Below are positions 37,791 through 50,308 of a stretch of 64,000 bases of DNA, one piece after another. This stretch comes from Chiloscyllium plagiosum (taxonomy: Eukaryota): assembly GCF_004010195.1 (NCBI RefSeq), contig NC_057751.1, positions 2,577,286 to 2,641,285 of the forward strand, read 5' to 3'. The position numbers and the translations under genes are program-made. How positions within the stretch are numbered: position 1 is the stretch's first letter; each line of letters starts with the position of its first letter. The notes beneath the pieces are model-generated. The model searched no databases. It saw only the letters and a program-made list of their open reading frames with translations, and was not told where the DNA came from.

Positions 37791-38667
37791 GGAGGATGGT
37801 GTGGGAGAGTGGAGACCTACCCAGTTACTGGGTGGAACCCACATACCAGGGAGTGTCAAGACAGCTGCTGTGCAGCAAGAAGGAGCTCTCACAAAATCGA
37901 AGGAATTCAACCTTCCAAAAAGGTGAAGGAAATCAGCAGGTGCATAGAATCATAAAGTGTGGGAGGTAATTTAGTCCAACATCTTGAGCTAGCCCTTTGA
38001 AAGAGTGATCCAGTTAGTTCATCACCTGCAATTTCCATCCTGCAATTCTGAAAGTTATTATTGGATCAGCTTTCAACTTCCTTTCAGGCAATACATTCTA
38101 CATTACAACAACTCATGTTTAAAAAAACACGCCCTTTTGTTTTTTTCGTCAATTACCATGAGTCTGTGATCTTTGGTTAACAATCTTCCTGCCAGTAGAA
38201 ACACTGATTGAATCAATCACAAACTCCCAATGTTTTGAACATCTCTATTAAATCTCTTAGAAATCATCTTCAACAAGAAAGGTGGCTTTTTCAGGATCAC
38301 GACATAAATCCCTAGTTCTTGGTACCACTGCAGTAAACCTCCTTTCATAATCTCTCCAAGGCCTTGACATTTTACTTAAAATTGTGCCTCAGAACTGCAC
38401 ACAGCAGGTTGATGCAGGTATAGCATTCCACCATATGTTTACCTATGTTTTACTCCCTAACCCTGTGGATAAAGGATCAATCACTCTGTGATCTCACATC
38501 ATAAAGCTGACAGATGATGAAGATATTTCATGTTACAGATACATTTAAAAAAAATGCTCAAAGCAGATAGGTCAGCCTGCACTTGGAGGTGAACTGGTGG
38601 TCCTTAGCCTGGATGGTGCAGTATCAAACTTGGTGACACATGCACAAATACAACGGAATAGGCAGCG

Positions 38668-39039
38668 TCACCAGACCCTCTCATGTGGCTTCCTGTACAA
38701 CAGGCCCAGCTGTTCAAAGATGTCTTATTTGGTTGTCGTAGAGATGATTATTCCTGTTGTGATTTTGACACTTCCCTTCCTCAGGGCGTGGCAGTTCAGT
38801 GAGTGCTCCAAGAGGCTCATACCCTTTGTCTTGGCCAAAGCCCACATGGACCGATTAAAATGTACGGATCCAGTAAAGTGCATCAGGGCAGGGACAAACT
38901 CACTGTATGGCACCACAATGATGTTGAGCCTCCAGTGACGGTGCCCAGGACCTGGAAGCCAGCAAGCTCTCAGATAATTCTTCAGGTTCCCACTCTCCTC
39001 CTGACTGACTAGGTCATCCTTCAGAAATCCTGTGTCCCT
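38668..39039 (-). pseudogene. POLL: DNA polymerase lambda (X family) C-terminal pseudogene fragment
   Basis: Single frame [81 protein letters not shown]...TTK*DIFEQLGLLYRKPHERVW* matches the POLL C-terminus as I recall it ([13 protein letters not shown]...[13 protein letters not shown]...[25 protein letters not shown]...YREPAERDW). Premature TAA at 38725-38727; catalytic Asp changed to Asn. Confidence 0.95.
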
Positions 39040-39040
39040 C

Positions 39041-39360
39041 GGATCTGTTCCTCTTCATTGAAGGGTCATTAATCAGGCGGGATAATTTTAAGGTGAAAGG
39101 CAAGAGGTTTGGAGGGGATTTGAGGAAAATATTTTTCATCCAGAAGGTGGTGGGAGTCTGGAATGCACCGTCTGGGAGAGTAGTTGAGATGGAAACCTCA
39201 CAATCTTTAAAAAATACTTGGATGAACACTTGAAATATCATTACACTCAAAGCTATGGGCCAAGTGCATGAAAGTGGGATTAGTGTGGATTTAGACCAGT
39301 TTTGTCGGTGCAGACTCAATGGGCTGAAGGGCTACTACTGTACTTTATGATTCTATGATC
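39041..39360 (+). mobile_element. CR1 3' end abutting the POLL fragment head-to-head
   Basis: tttaaggtgaaaggcaagagg...cagaaggtggtgggagtctggaatgcac...tatgattctatga tail. Confidence 0.9.
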
Positions 39361-40679
39361 TAAGTCAAAAAATTAAAACTTTTTATTTCTTTCCCTTCAG
39401 TAGTGAGGAAAGAATGTACTTCCAAAAGAGCTATTGCGTATCAAATAATATCTCATTGGAGTTTTGCATAGAAGCGAATTGTGTTCAAGTATCCAGCAAC
39501 AACCATGTCACTGCTTGTTTACATTGGTCACAGTTCACCCATGTTTTATTTTTTTATTTTCATGCATGCAATGGCTCTGAAAGCATTCAATAAAGATGCA
39601 AATTAAGTTTCAGAGGAAGCAATGAATGTAGATGACTGTGACAGCTTCTAATCTGTCAGGAGCCAGGCCAGACCTGACAACTTCAAACCATTAATTAGTT
39701 TGAAAACTGCTCCCAAAATATTGTGTTGACTGATCCTATTTCCATTGATTCCTTGATGGAAGAATTTGGCCACTGAAAGTAAACAGGATTACGAACTGCT
39801 TGCATGCACATGGAACTGTCCCCACTGCAACAGCTGCTCCAGAACGTTTTGTTCCATCTCTCCAAGGGCTCTGTATCCTTCCAGTTTTTTCTTCACTTGA
39901 TAATTTGGTAAGCAATGCTGCTTAATGAACATATTTAATCAATTGATCTATCACTCATCCAGCCTTTGGCAACATGTTAGAGCCAGATGTCCATTTAATC
40001 CTTGAACTAAAGGAAGCGTTTAAGATCTTGGTTTTGTCATCTCTCCCAGCAAAGACAGGAAATCCATCTTAGGAGACAGCTTTGCTTCCTGGTACTTAAG
40101 GGACATGACAGCAGTTGCTGTTGCTTCTGGCATTTGTTGTGTCTCTCCCATCGGTGAGAAGTGCAGATGTTCATTTGACCTTGACCTCAAGAAGTTCAGT
40201 TATCATCGTGTCTCAACAGTGCAGCAAATGAGCAGAAGCTCGAATTTACATTACTCCTTTAAAATAATAAAATATCCCAAGGTTCTTCTCAGGATGGTCA
40301 TCACACTGAATTTGACTATCAGCAAGACAAGGATTTGTTGGGGCAAAATGTTGTTCAGAGAGTTTAAAGGAGTGACTTACGGGACGACAAAGAAGTGAAT
40401 AAAGAGGCAATTCCAGATTTGGGTCACAGCTGAAAACATTGGGGCCAAAGGAGGGCTGAAGAGACCATACTGAAAGCCAGAATTAAAGGAATTGAGGGGT
40501 CTGGCTTAGGGTTTATAGGGAATAAGGAAATGACAGAAGGATTGAATAAGATTGAAGCAGCAGGATGATCATTTTAACTTTGAGACAATAGGGCACCAAG
40601 AAGCAACTGAGATCAACACAGACAGTGATGAGTTTAATTTGATGTTTGTTAAGCTATGGACACCAGAGTGCTGGTTCTA

Positions 40680-40941
40680 AGTCCAAGACACCCTGAAGAA
40701 TTTGAACACAACAATGAAGGATGTACCCATTGTAATGCAAGTGATTACTCTTGGAGATGCCATTCACAGGAGAGGCATTACACCATGGCACCGTCTGTTC
40801 TCTTGGGTGAATATAAAAGATACAATGACATTATTTCGAAGAAGGGGATGAGATTATTCCTGGTACCCTAGCCACTCTTTATTCCTCAATCAACAGCACA
40901 AATAGCAAATTATCTGCCCATGATCATATTGATGTTTATGG
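40680..40941 (+). mobile_element. Deu-domain SINE (SacSINE1-like), split by the PLE and resuming at about 43214-43275
   Basis: aaaagatacaatgacattatttcgaagaag...ctcaatcaacagcac...attatctg...attgatgtttatgg, continuing gggaatg...cacaaattg...cattacaaca. Confidence 0.7.
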
Positions 40942-43213
40942 AGTTAGTTATAATCTGACAGGTTTATTTGGAAACACTAGCTTTTGGAGTGCTGCTCCTT
41001 TGTCAAGTAGTTGTGGAGGTTAAGATCATGCTCACAGAATTTACAGCCAAAGGAGTCCATTGTCACGGAGATGGGATACAATAAACAATCTTAGATTGAA
41101 AGTTTCATCTTTTATAATGGGATGATCTGATTTTTGTTCTTCAATATGTAAATCCCAGAACTTATTTTAAATTACATTCTCAAGATAGCTCAGCTTTTTA
41201 AATCATAGGTGTGAAGTCTTTCTGTGTCCCAATGCTTTTGTCAGACTGGCAAACCCTCTGTATAGTTTTACACAGTTTTACATGGATTCATGCAGTTTTT
41301 GAGCAAAATAAAATGTAATTCTGCAAAACAAATTCACCCCATTAGCTTATATGTGTGCGCATGTCGGAGCAACTGAGTGTGCATGTGAGTGTATGGGTGT
41401 GACTGCACGTGATAGAGTGTGTGTGTGTATATATATATATATATGTGTGTACGTAAGCTTGGTTAAATCTGTGCGTGAAACTGTGATGGGGTCTGTGTGA
41501 GACAGTGCGTGTGTTGGTGTGAGCACGAGGGGTGTTTGTGTGTGCATATGGGAGTGTCAGTGTGTGTGTGTCTGTGGTGCAGTGGGGTCACCTGTAGTGT
41601 GACATGAGCCCAAAGTTCCAGTTGAAGCCATTCCCATGGGGACCAAACTTGGCTATCAACTTCTGCTCAGCCACTCAGCGTTGTTGCTTGTCCCAAAATC
41701 TGCCTTGGAGATGGTCACCCAAAGGTCCAAGGCCAAATGTCCTGGACCGTGGAAGTATTCCACGACTGGGAGGGAACACTCTTGCCTGGTGATTGTTGTG
41801 CGGTGTCCGTTTATCCGTTGTCGTAGCGTCTGCTTGGTCTTACCAATGTACCATGCCTCAGGGTATCTTTGTCTGTAGCGTATGAGGTAGACCACATTGC
41901 CCGAGTCACATGAGTACTTACCCCACATATGATGGGAGATGTCCCCACGTTAATGGTGTTACCCGTGTCGAAACTCTGACACGGCTTGCAGTGGCTGCTG
42001 TGGCAGGGTTGTATGGTGTTCTTGTCCTGAAGACTGGGCAGTTTGCTATAAATCATGTCCTGTTTAAGGTTTGGTGGCTGTTTAAAGGCGAGAAGTGGAG
42101 GTGTGGGGAAGGTCTTGGCAAGGTGCACATCCTCATTGATAATGTGTTGCAGGCTGTGAAGAACATGACGTAGTTTTTTCGCTCCTGGGAAGTATTGGAA
42201 AACAAAGGGTACCCTTTGTCAGAAGCAGCCTGTGTCTGTCTCCTGAGGAGCTCATTATGATTTCTCATTGTGGCATATCGGAACTGGCGGTCGCTGAGTT
42301 GAGCATCGTACCCTGTTCTTATGAGCACTTTCAAGTGTCCGTAACATTCCTCCTCATCCCAACAGATCCTGTGTATGGGAAGGGCTTGTCCATGGGGGAT
42401 GGCTGTTTTAATATGTTTAGGGTGGAAGCTGGAGAAGTGTAGCATTGTGAGATTATCTGTGGCTTTGCGATATACTGCTATGCTGAGGTACTCATCCTTG
42501 ATGGAGGTCCCAAGAATGAATCAGATACTAAAAAGTAGTCCATAGTAAGTTTAATGGTGGGATGAAACTCATTGATATCACTGGGTAATTGTTTCAGTGT
42601 CTCCTCATCATGGGTCCAGAGGAAGAAAATGTTGTCAATATATCTGGGATAGAGTGTCAGTTGGAGGTCCTGTGCAGCAAAGAAGTCTTTTTTAAATTTG
42701 TGCGGCACATTAAGGTGCAAATTTAGTCCCCATGACCTTTCCATGTGTCTGGATGAAGAACTGGTTGCCAAAGGTGAAAACGTTGTAGTCGAGGATGAAG
42801 TAGATGCATTGTAGCATGGTGCTCGGAGATTGGCAGTTGTTGATATTGAGTACTGAGGCTGTTGGCCTGATGCCGTTATCAAGGGGGATGCTGATGCAGT
42901 GTGCCAAAACGTCCATTGTGACAAGGAATGTTCCCAACTCGATTGGTCTATGGGTGCTGAATTTCTGTACGAAATCTGTCCTGTTGCGACAGATCCCATT
43001 ATAAAAGATAAAAGTTTTCATCGAAGATTGTTTACTGTATCACATCTCCATGACACTGAACTCCTTTGACAATAAATTCAGTGAGCATGATCTTCACCTC
43101 CACAACCACCTGATGAAGGAGCAGTGCTCCGAAAGCTACTGTCGGACTATAACCTGATGTTGTGTGATTTTTAATTTTGTCCAACCCTGTCCAACACAGG
43201 CACCTCCAAGTCA
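40942..43213 (-). mobile_element. 5'-truncated PLE (family B): RT and GIY-YIG remnants, 3' pLTR and inverted pLTR
   Basis: LVTMDVLAHCISIP, GKVMGTKFAP, YPRYIDNIFFLW, NVVYLIRY...WYIGKTKQTLRQRINGH; TSD tgatgtttatgg at 40930-40941 and 43214-43225; inverted arm at 43025-43213. Confidence 0.95.
43107..43140 (+). ncRNA. Minimal hammerhead ribozyme motif (intact core, damaged stem I)
   Basis: CAC CUGAUGA A GGAGC AGU GCUCC GAAA GCU A. Confidence 0.65.
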
Positions 43214-44559
43214 TGATGTTTATGGGGAATGTTATTCACAAATTGTTCCAATGCTTTCCCCATTACAACATTTCTAAATGGACATCATTGGTTGCAGAGC
43301 AATTAGTACATTGTGTGATTGTGAAAGGCGCTAGAGAATTGCAAGTGTTTTTTTCCATTGAAGCTCAATTGACTGGAATGCGGAAAATGAAAGGCTGGTT
43401 CAGAACACATTGGAATTGAGAATTCTTGAGCTATACAAGGATATGGATACTGGTTGCAGCAGAAAGAGACAAGATGTTGTGAAACTGGAAGTGATTAATC
43501 ATTGTGATGAAGGAATTGAAAATTCAGCCTGGACTAAAAATGGATGCTAAGATTATGAACTGTTTGAATCAGTTTGAGAAGGCAGCTGAGGGAGGGAGTG
43601 AAATTAATGGTAAGGTCACAGAGATGATGGTGTTATCAAATATGATTACTTGGTCTTCACAGCATTTTATTGAATGCTATTCCAACTGTTAAATAGTTAC
43701 CACTATTTTCCAAAGACATTTAAGAGTGACTTCCTCAACACTGCTGTGAGCAACTTCAGTGAAAAAGTGCAGAATTACTAAAAAGTATGGTTTTTATGTT
43801 CTTCCATTAGCTTTCACTTTTTAGAAATAAAATATTTCAGACAAAAGAAAAACTGTTTAGTGGTGCAGGCTAATAGGAAGAAGGAAGTGATGAGATGAAG
43901 GCTTAAATGCTGGCCCACTGGTTAACTCGAATCATTATATTGCAAACTATTCACATGCAGAATTCAGTGACTAATGCCTATTTTATTTATGAGGAGCTGG
44001 AGTGTGGATAGCATCCCTGCCTTAATGCCAGACTTCCACTACAGAATTTGATGGCCAAAAAAGTTGTATTTGTAATTAGACTAAATAGGTTGAATATTGA
44101 CCTGCAAATGCTTCCAATACTCAACTTAGTGACAGGCATGAAGAGCAAGAGAGATTTCTTGCCAGAATATGCTGGAAAGAACATCTTTACCATCGCGATC
44201 CATTGTTCAAGACCATAACATGAATGTTAAAATATATGTTACCGCAGTAGCTTAGAGTCTCTGAGTAACTGTAACCACAATGAACTTATCTTTACAATCC
44301 CTATTCAAGTAAAAACATCTCCTGTATATCTACCCAGTTAACGCCTTCCACAGTCTTCACAGTCAATGTGGCTACAAGTCAGTCATGTGCAAAATAAACA
44401 AAACTTACTCCTTTATGGATAGAGGCTATAAATTCCTCAGTCACATAGCTCCTTCCAACTCTTGTGTGACAAGTGCTCAATGAACAAACTTCAGTTGTTT
44501 CTTCATTACCTTCAAAGAATTTTCAGTGGACTGAACAAAACAATGAACCAGGCATTCAC

Positions 44560-45180
44560 ATAATTAAAGATTCATGCAGTGCAGGTCATGTCCTTTGGCC
44601 CATTGATGCTGCACTGACATAACCACCACTAAAAATGTGCTAATCCTAATTTCCTGCAGTTGTCCTGTATCCTTGAATGCTATGATATTGAAGTGCTCAT
44701 ACAAATATTTTTTCAAAGTTGTAAGATTTCTGACCTCCACTGCCTTTCCAGGCAGTGCAGTCGAGATCCTCACCATCCGCTAAGAGAAAATTTTTTTTTC
44801 TCCAATTGCTCCAGTCTCCTCTGCCCCTTACCCTAAAACTATGTCCTGTTTGTGATTGACCACTCAACCAAGGAGAACAGCTGCTCTCTATTTACCCTGT
44901 TCATATTCCTCATAATCTTATACACCGCAGTCATGTCTCTCCCTGCTCCAAAGAATATCTACAGATGTAACAACACGTTAACGTTAAAGATTTCTGTCGG
45001 GTACCTCCTCATTTTCTGAAGAAAAGCTCCCCATTCTTTCATGATAAATGTGTCCTTTCTCTCTTGGCATCATGCTAATAAAGGTTTTTCCACACCTTCT
45101 TCTGTGCTTCAGTTACCTTCGCTTATTCTGGAGGCCAGATCTGTGCACAAGATTCGAAGTGTGGTTTAACCAAGGCTCAC
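44560..45180 (-). mobile_element. Old CR1 3' fragment
   Basis: VRISTALPGKAVEVRNLTTLKKYLYEH. Confidence 0.7.
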
Positions 45181-45946
45181 GAGAAGTTAGAACATAGAAC
45201 ATAGAACATTATAGCACAATACAGGCCCTTCAGCCGTCGATGTTGCGTTGATCTGTGGAACCAATCTGAAACCCATTTAACCTATACTATTCCATTCTCA
45301 TCCATATGCCTATCCACTGACTATTTAAATGCCTTTAAAGTTGGCAAATCTACTACTGCTGCAGGCAGCGCGTTCCACGCCCCGCCTACTCTCTGAGTAA
45401 AGGAACTACCTCTAACATCTGTCCTATATTGATCTCCCCTCAATTTAAAGTTACGTCCCCCATGCTAGCCGTCACCATCCAAGGAAAAAGGCTCTCACTG
45501 TCCACCCTATCTAATCCTCTGATTATCTTACATGTCTCACTTAAGTCACCTCTCAACCTTCTTCTCTCTGTCAAAACAGCCTCAAGTCCCTCAGCTTTTA
45601 CTCATAAGACCTTCCCTCCATACCAGGCAACATCCTGGTAAATCTCCTCTGAACCCTTTCCAAAGCTTCCATAATGCGGTGACCAGAACTGTATGCAATA
45701 CTCCAAGTGCGGCCGCACCAGAGTTATGTACAGCTGCAACATGATCTCATAGTTCTGAAACTCAGTCCCTCTACCAACAAAAGGTAATACATCCTATGCC
45801 TTCTTAACAACCCTAACAAGCTGGGTGGCAACTTTCAAGGATCTATGTACATGGACACCGAGGTCTCTCTGCTCATCTACACAACCAAGAATCTTACCAT
45901 TAGCCCAGTACTCTGCATTCCTGTTACTCATTCCAAAGTGAATCAC

Positions 45947-47004
45947 AAGCAAATCTTAGCAGGACTTCTACACTTAAAGGTAAGGTCCTAGGGAGTGTTG
46001 CTGAACAAAGAGCGGCACGGTGGCACAGTGGTTAGCACTGCTGCCTCACAGCGCCAGAGACCCAGGTTCAATTCCCGCCTCAGGCGACTGACTGCGTGGG
46101 TTTCCTCCGGGTGCTCCGGTTTCCTCCCACAGTCCAAAGATGTGCAGGTAAGGTGAATTGGCCATGCTAAATTGCCCGTAGTGTTAGGTAAGGGGTAAAT
46201 GTAGGGGTATGGGTGGGTTGCGCTTCGGCGGGTCGGTGTGGACTTGTTGGGCCAAAGGGCCTGTTTCCACACTGTAATGTAATCTAAAAAAAATCTAAAA
46301 GAGACCTTGGAGTGCAGGTTCACAGCTACTTGAAAATGGAGTCGCAGGTAGATACGATAGTGAAGAAGGTGTTTGGTATACTTGCCTTTATTAGTCAGAG
46401 TATTGAATACAGAAGTTGGGAGGTCATGTTGCAGCTGTACAGGGCATTGGTTAGGCCACTGTTGGAATATTGCGTGCAATTCTGGTCTTCTTCCTATCGG
46501 AAAGACGTTGTGAAACTTGAAAGAGTTCAGAAAAGATTTACAAGGATGTTGCCAGGGTTGGAGGATTTGAGCTATTGGGAGAGGTTGAATAGGCTAGGGC
46601 TGTTTTCACTGGAGTGTCGGAGGCTGAGGGCAGATCTTATAGAGGTTTATAAAATCATGAGGGGCATGGATAGGATAAATAGACAAAGTCTTTTCCCTAT
46701 GGTGGGGGAGTCCAGAACTAAAGGGCATAGGTTTAGGGTGAGAGGGGAAAGATATAAAAGGGACCTAAGGGGCAACCTTTTCACTCAGAGGGTGGCATGT
46801 GTATGGAATGAGCTGCCAGTGGATGTGGTGGAGACTGGTACAATTTCAACATTAAAAAGGCATCTGGATGGGTATATGAATAGGAAGAGTTTGGAGGGAT
46901 ACAGGTGCTGGCAGGTGGGACTAGATTGGGTTGAGATATCTGGTTAGCATGGACAAGTTGGACTGAAGGGTCTCTCCATGCTGTACATCTCTATGACTCT
47001 ATGA
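45947..47004 (+). mobile_element. Younger CR1 3' part nested in CR1
   Basis: ORF 46312-46947 (LVRPLLEYCVQFWS...); ctctatgactctatga tail; host aatcac|ctcacac rejoins across it. Confidence 0.95.
46012..46296 (+). mobile_element. HE1 SINE with a small internal deletion
   Basis: HE1 body; aaagag duplicated at the flanks. Confidence 0.93.
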
Positions 47005-48165
47005 CCTCACACTTTTCTGCATTAAACTCCATTTGCCACCTCCCAACCCAGCTCTGCAGCTTTTCTATGTCTCTCTGTAACCCACAACATCTTTCATCAC
47101 AACTCTACCGACCTTAGTGTCATCCGCAAATTTACGAACCCACCCTTCTATGCCCTCATCTAGGTCATTTATAAAAATGATAAACAACAGTGGACCCAGA
47201 ATAGATCCTTGTGGTACCCCACTAGTAACCGAACTCCAGGATGAATATTTCCCATTAACCGCCACCCTCTGTCTTCTTTCAGTCAATTTCTGATCCAAAC
47301 CGCTAAATCACCCTCAAACCCATGCCTCCGTATTTTGTGCAATAGCCTACCATGGGAACCTTATCAAAGGCCTTATTCAAATCCATATACATCACACCAA
47401 TGATTTACCCTCATCCACTGGTTTGGTCACCTTCTCACAGAACTCATTAAGATTTGTGAGGCATGACCTACCCTTCACAAAACCGTGCTGACTATTCTGA
47501 ATCAACTTATTCTTCTCAAGATGATTGTAAATCCTGTCTGTTTGTAACCTTTTCCAACAATTTACCCACCACCAAAGTAAGGCTCACTGGTCTATAATTA
47601 CCTGGGTTGTCTCTACTCCCCTTCTTGAACAAGGGAACAACATTTGCTATCCTCCAGTCTTCTGGCACTATTCCTGTAGACAATGACGACATAGAGATCA
47701 AAGCCAAAGTTTCAGCAATCTCGTCCCTGGCTTCTCAGAGCATCCTAGGAAAAATCTCATCCGTCCCAGGGGATTTAGCTATTTTTACACTTTCCAGAAC
47801 TGCTAACAACTCCTCCTTGTGCACCTCAGTCCCATTTAGTCTAATAGCCTGCATCTCAGTATTCTCCTCGAACACATTGTCTTTTTCCAGTTTGAATACT
47901 GACAAAAAGTATTCATTTAGCACTTCCCCATCTCCTCTGTCTCAACGCACAACTTCCGACTACGATAATCTTTCTCTCGTCATTCTTTAATTCCTGATAT
48001 ACCTGTAGTATTTCTTGATCCTATACACCAAAAACTTTTCATGACTCCTCCTGCCTCTTCTTAGCTCTTTCTTCAGGCTAATTTCTAACTCTCAAGCTCC
48101 ATAACTGAGCCATCACATCTTAGCCTAACATAAGCCTTCTTCTTCCTCTTGACAAGCGATTCAAC

Positions 48166-50308
48166 TCACAGCTTCCATAGCTTCCAACCTTATAGTTCAG
48201 GAACTATGCACCACCCAGTTCTACCTCCTACCCAGATCCACAAGCCTGACTACCCCGGCCGACCCATTGTCTCAACCTGCGCCTGCCCCACCAAATTCAT
48301 CTCCACATACTTCGATACTGTCCTATCCCCCCCGTCCAGGAACTCCCCACGTGCATTCAGGACACCACCCACTCCCTCCACCTCCTCCAAGACTTCTGTT
48401 TCCCTGGCCCCCAATGCCTCATCTTCACCATGGACATCCAGTCCCTATACACCTCCATCCGCCATGACCTGGGCCTCCAATCCCTCCATTTCTTCCTCTC
48501 CCGACGTCTCCACCAGTACCCTTCCACTGACACTCTTATTCATTTGGCTGAACTTGTCCTCTCCCTCAACAATTTCTCCTTTGAATCCTCTCACTTCTTC
48601 CAGGGGTACGTGGAACAGTCTATTTTTCATAGTTAGACCAGCACTACTCCCCACCTCTTCCTCCGCTACATTGATGATTGCATCGGCGCCACCTTGTGCT
48701 CCCAAGAGGAGGTTGAACAATTCATCAGCTTCACCAACACATTCCACCCCAACCTAAGTTCACCTGGACTATCTCAGACACCTCCCTCCCCTTCCTGGAC
48801 TTCTCCTGGACGATGACTGACCCAACACTGACATCTTCTACAAACCCACTGACTCCCACAGCTACCTGGGTTACACTTCCTCCCACCCTGCCTTGTGCAA
48901 ACATGCTATCCCTTATTCCCAATTCCTCTGCCTCTGCCGCATCTGCTCCCCGGAGGACCAGTTCCACCACAGAACACACCAGATGACCTCCTTCTTTAAA
49001 GATCACAATTTCCCCTCCCACTTGGTTGATGATGTCTCCAATGCATCTCATCCACTTCCCGCACCTCCGCCCTCGAACCCCACTCACCCAGCTGCAACGA
49101 GGACAAAACCCCCACCATGCTCATTTTCCACCCTACCAACCACTGTATATATCGCATCTTCCTCTGCCATTTCTGCCACCTACAAACGGACCTCACCACC
49201 AGAGATATATTTCCCTCCCCACCCTTATCCATGAAGACCATTCCCTCTGCGACTGCTTGGTCAGGTCCACGCCCCCCCCCCCCCCACTAACAACCCACCC
49301 TCCTCTCCCGGCATCGCAGGAATTGCAAATCCTGCACTCACACCTCTCCCCTCAACCTCCGTTAAAGGTCCCAAGGGAGCCGCACACATCCATCAGAGTT
49401 TTACCTGCACTTCCACACATGTCATTTACTGTATCCGGTGCTCCCGACGTGTTCTCCTCTACATCGGGGAGACAGGACGCCTACTTGCAGAGTGCTTCAG
49501 ACAACAGTGGGCAGCACGGTGGCACAGTGGTTAGCACTGCTGTCTCACAGCGCCAGAGACCCGGGTTCAATTCCCTCCTCAGGCGACTGACTGTGTGGAG
49601 TTTGCACGTTCTCCCCATGTCTGCGTGGATTTTCTCTGAGTGCTCCGGTTTCCTCCCACAGTCCAAAGATGTGCAGGGTCAGGTGAATTGGCCATGCTAA
49701 ATTGCCCGTAGTGTTAGGTAAGGGGTAAATGTAGGGGTATGGGTGGGCTTCGTTTCGGCGGGTCGGTGTGGACTTGTTGGGCCGAAGGGCCTGTTTCCAC
49801 ACTGTAATCTAATCTAATCTAACATGTCCGGGGCACCTGCACCAACCAACCCCACCGCCCCGTGGCCAAACACTTCAACTCCTCCTCCCACTCCACCAAG
49901 GACATGCAGGTCCTGGGCCTCCTTTGTTGCCACTCCCTAACCAGCCGATGCCTGGAGGAAGAACGCCTCATCTTCCACCTCAGGACCCTCCAACGCGAAG
50001 GCATCAATGTGGATTTCACTAGTTTCCACATTTCCCCTCCCTCACCTTATCCCAGTTCCAACCTCCAGTTCAGCACCACCCTCCTGAACTGTCCTAACTG
50101 CCCATCTTCCTTCCCACCTCCTCTCTGACCTATCACCATTACTTCCACCTCCAACCACCTATCAGCACTCTCAGCCTCATTCCTGATGGAGGGCTTTTGC
50201 CCAAAACGTCGATTTACCTGCTCCTCGGATGCTGCCTGACTGGCTGTGCTTTTCCAGCACCACACCCTCCAGTCTAATCTCCAGCTTCTGCAGTCTTCAC
50301 TTTTGCCT
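48166..50308 (+). mobile_element. PLE (family A): RT, GIY-YIG and pLTR, frameshifted
   Basis: IHKPDYPGRPIVS, TMDIQSLYTSI, FLRYIDDCIG, VIYCIRCSR..LYIGETGR; hammerhead remnant at 50182-50213. Confidence 0.95.
49507..49821 (+). mobile_element. HE1 SINE inserted in the PLE GIY-YIG region
   Basis: Full HE1; aaca flanks. Confidence 0.95.

Noticed and set aside
38668-39039. Functional last exon of POLL
   Set aside because: In-frame stop, catalytic Asp lost, no polypyrimidine acceptor, and no upstream POLL exons recognised in the window.
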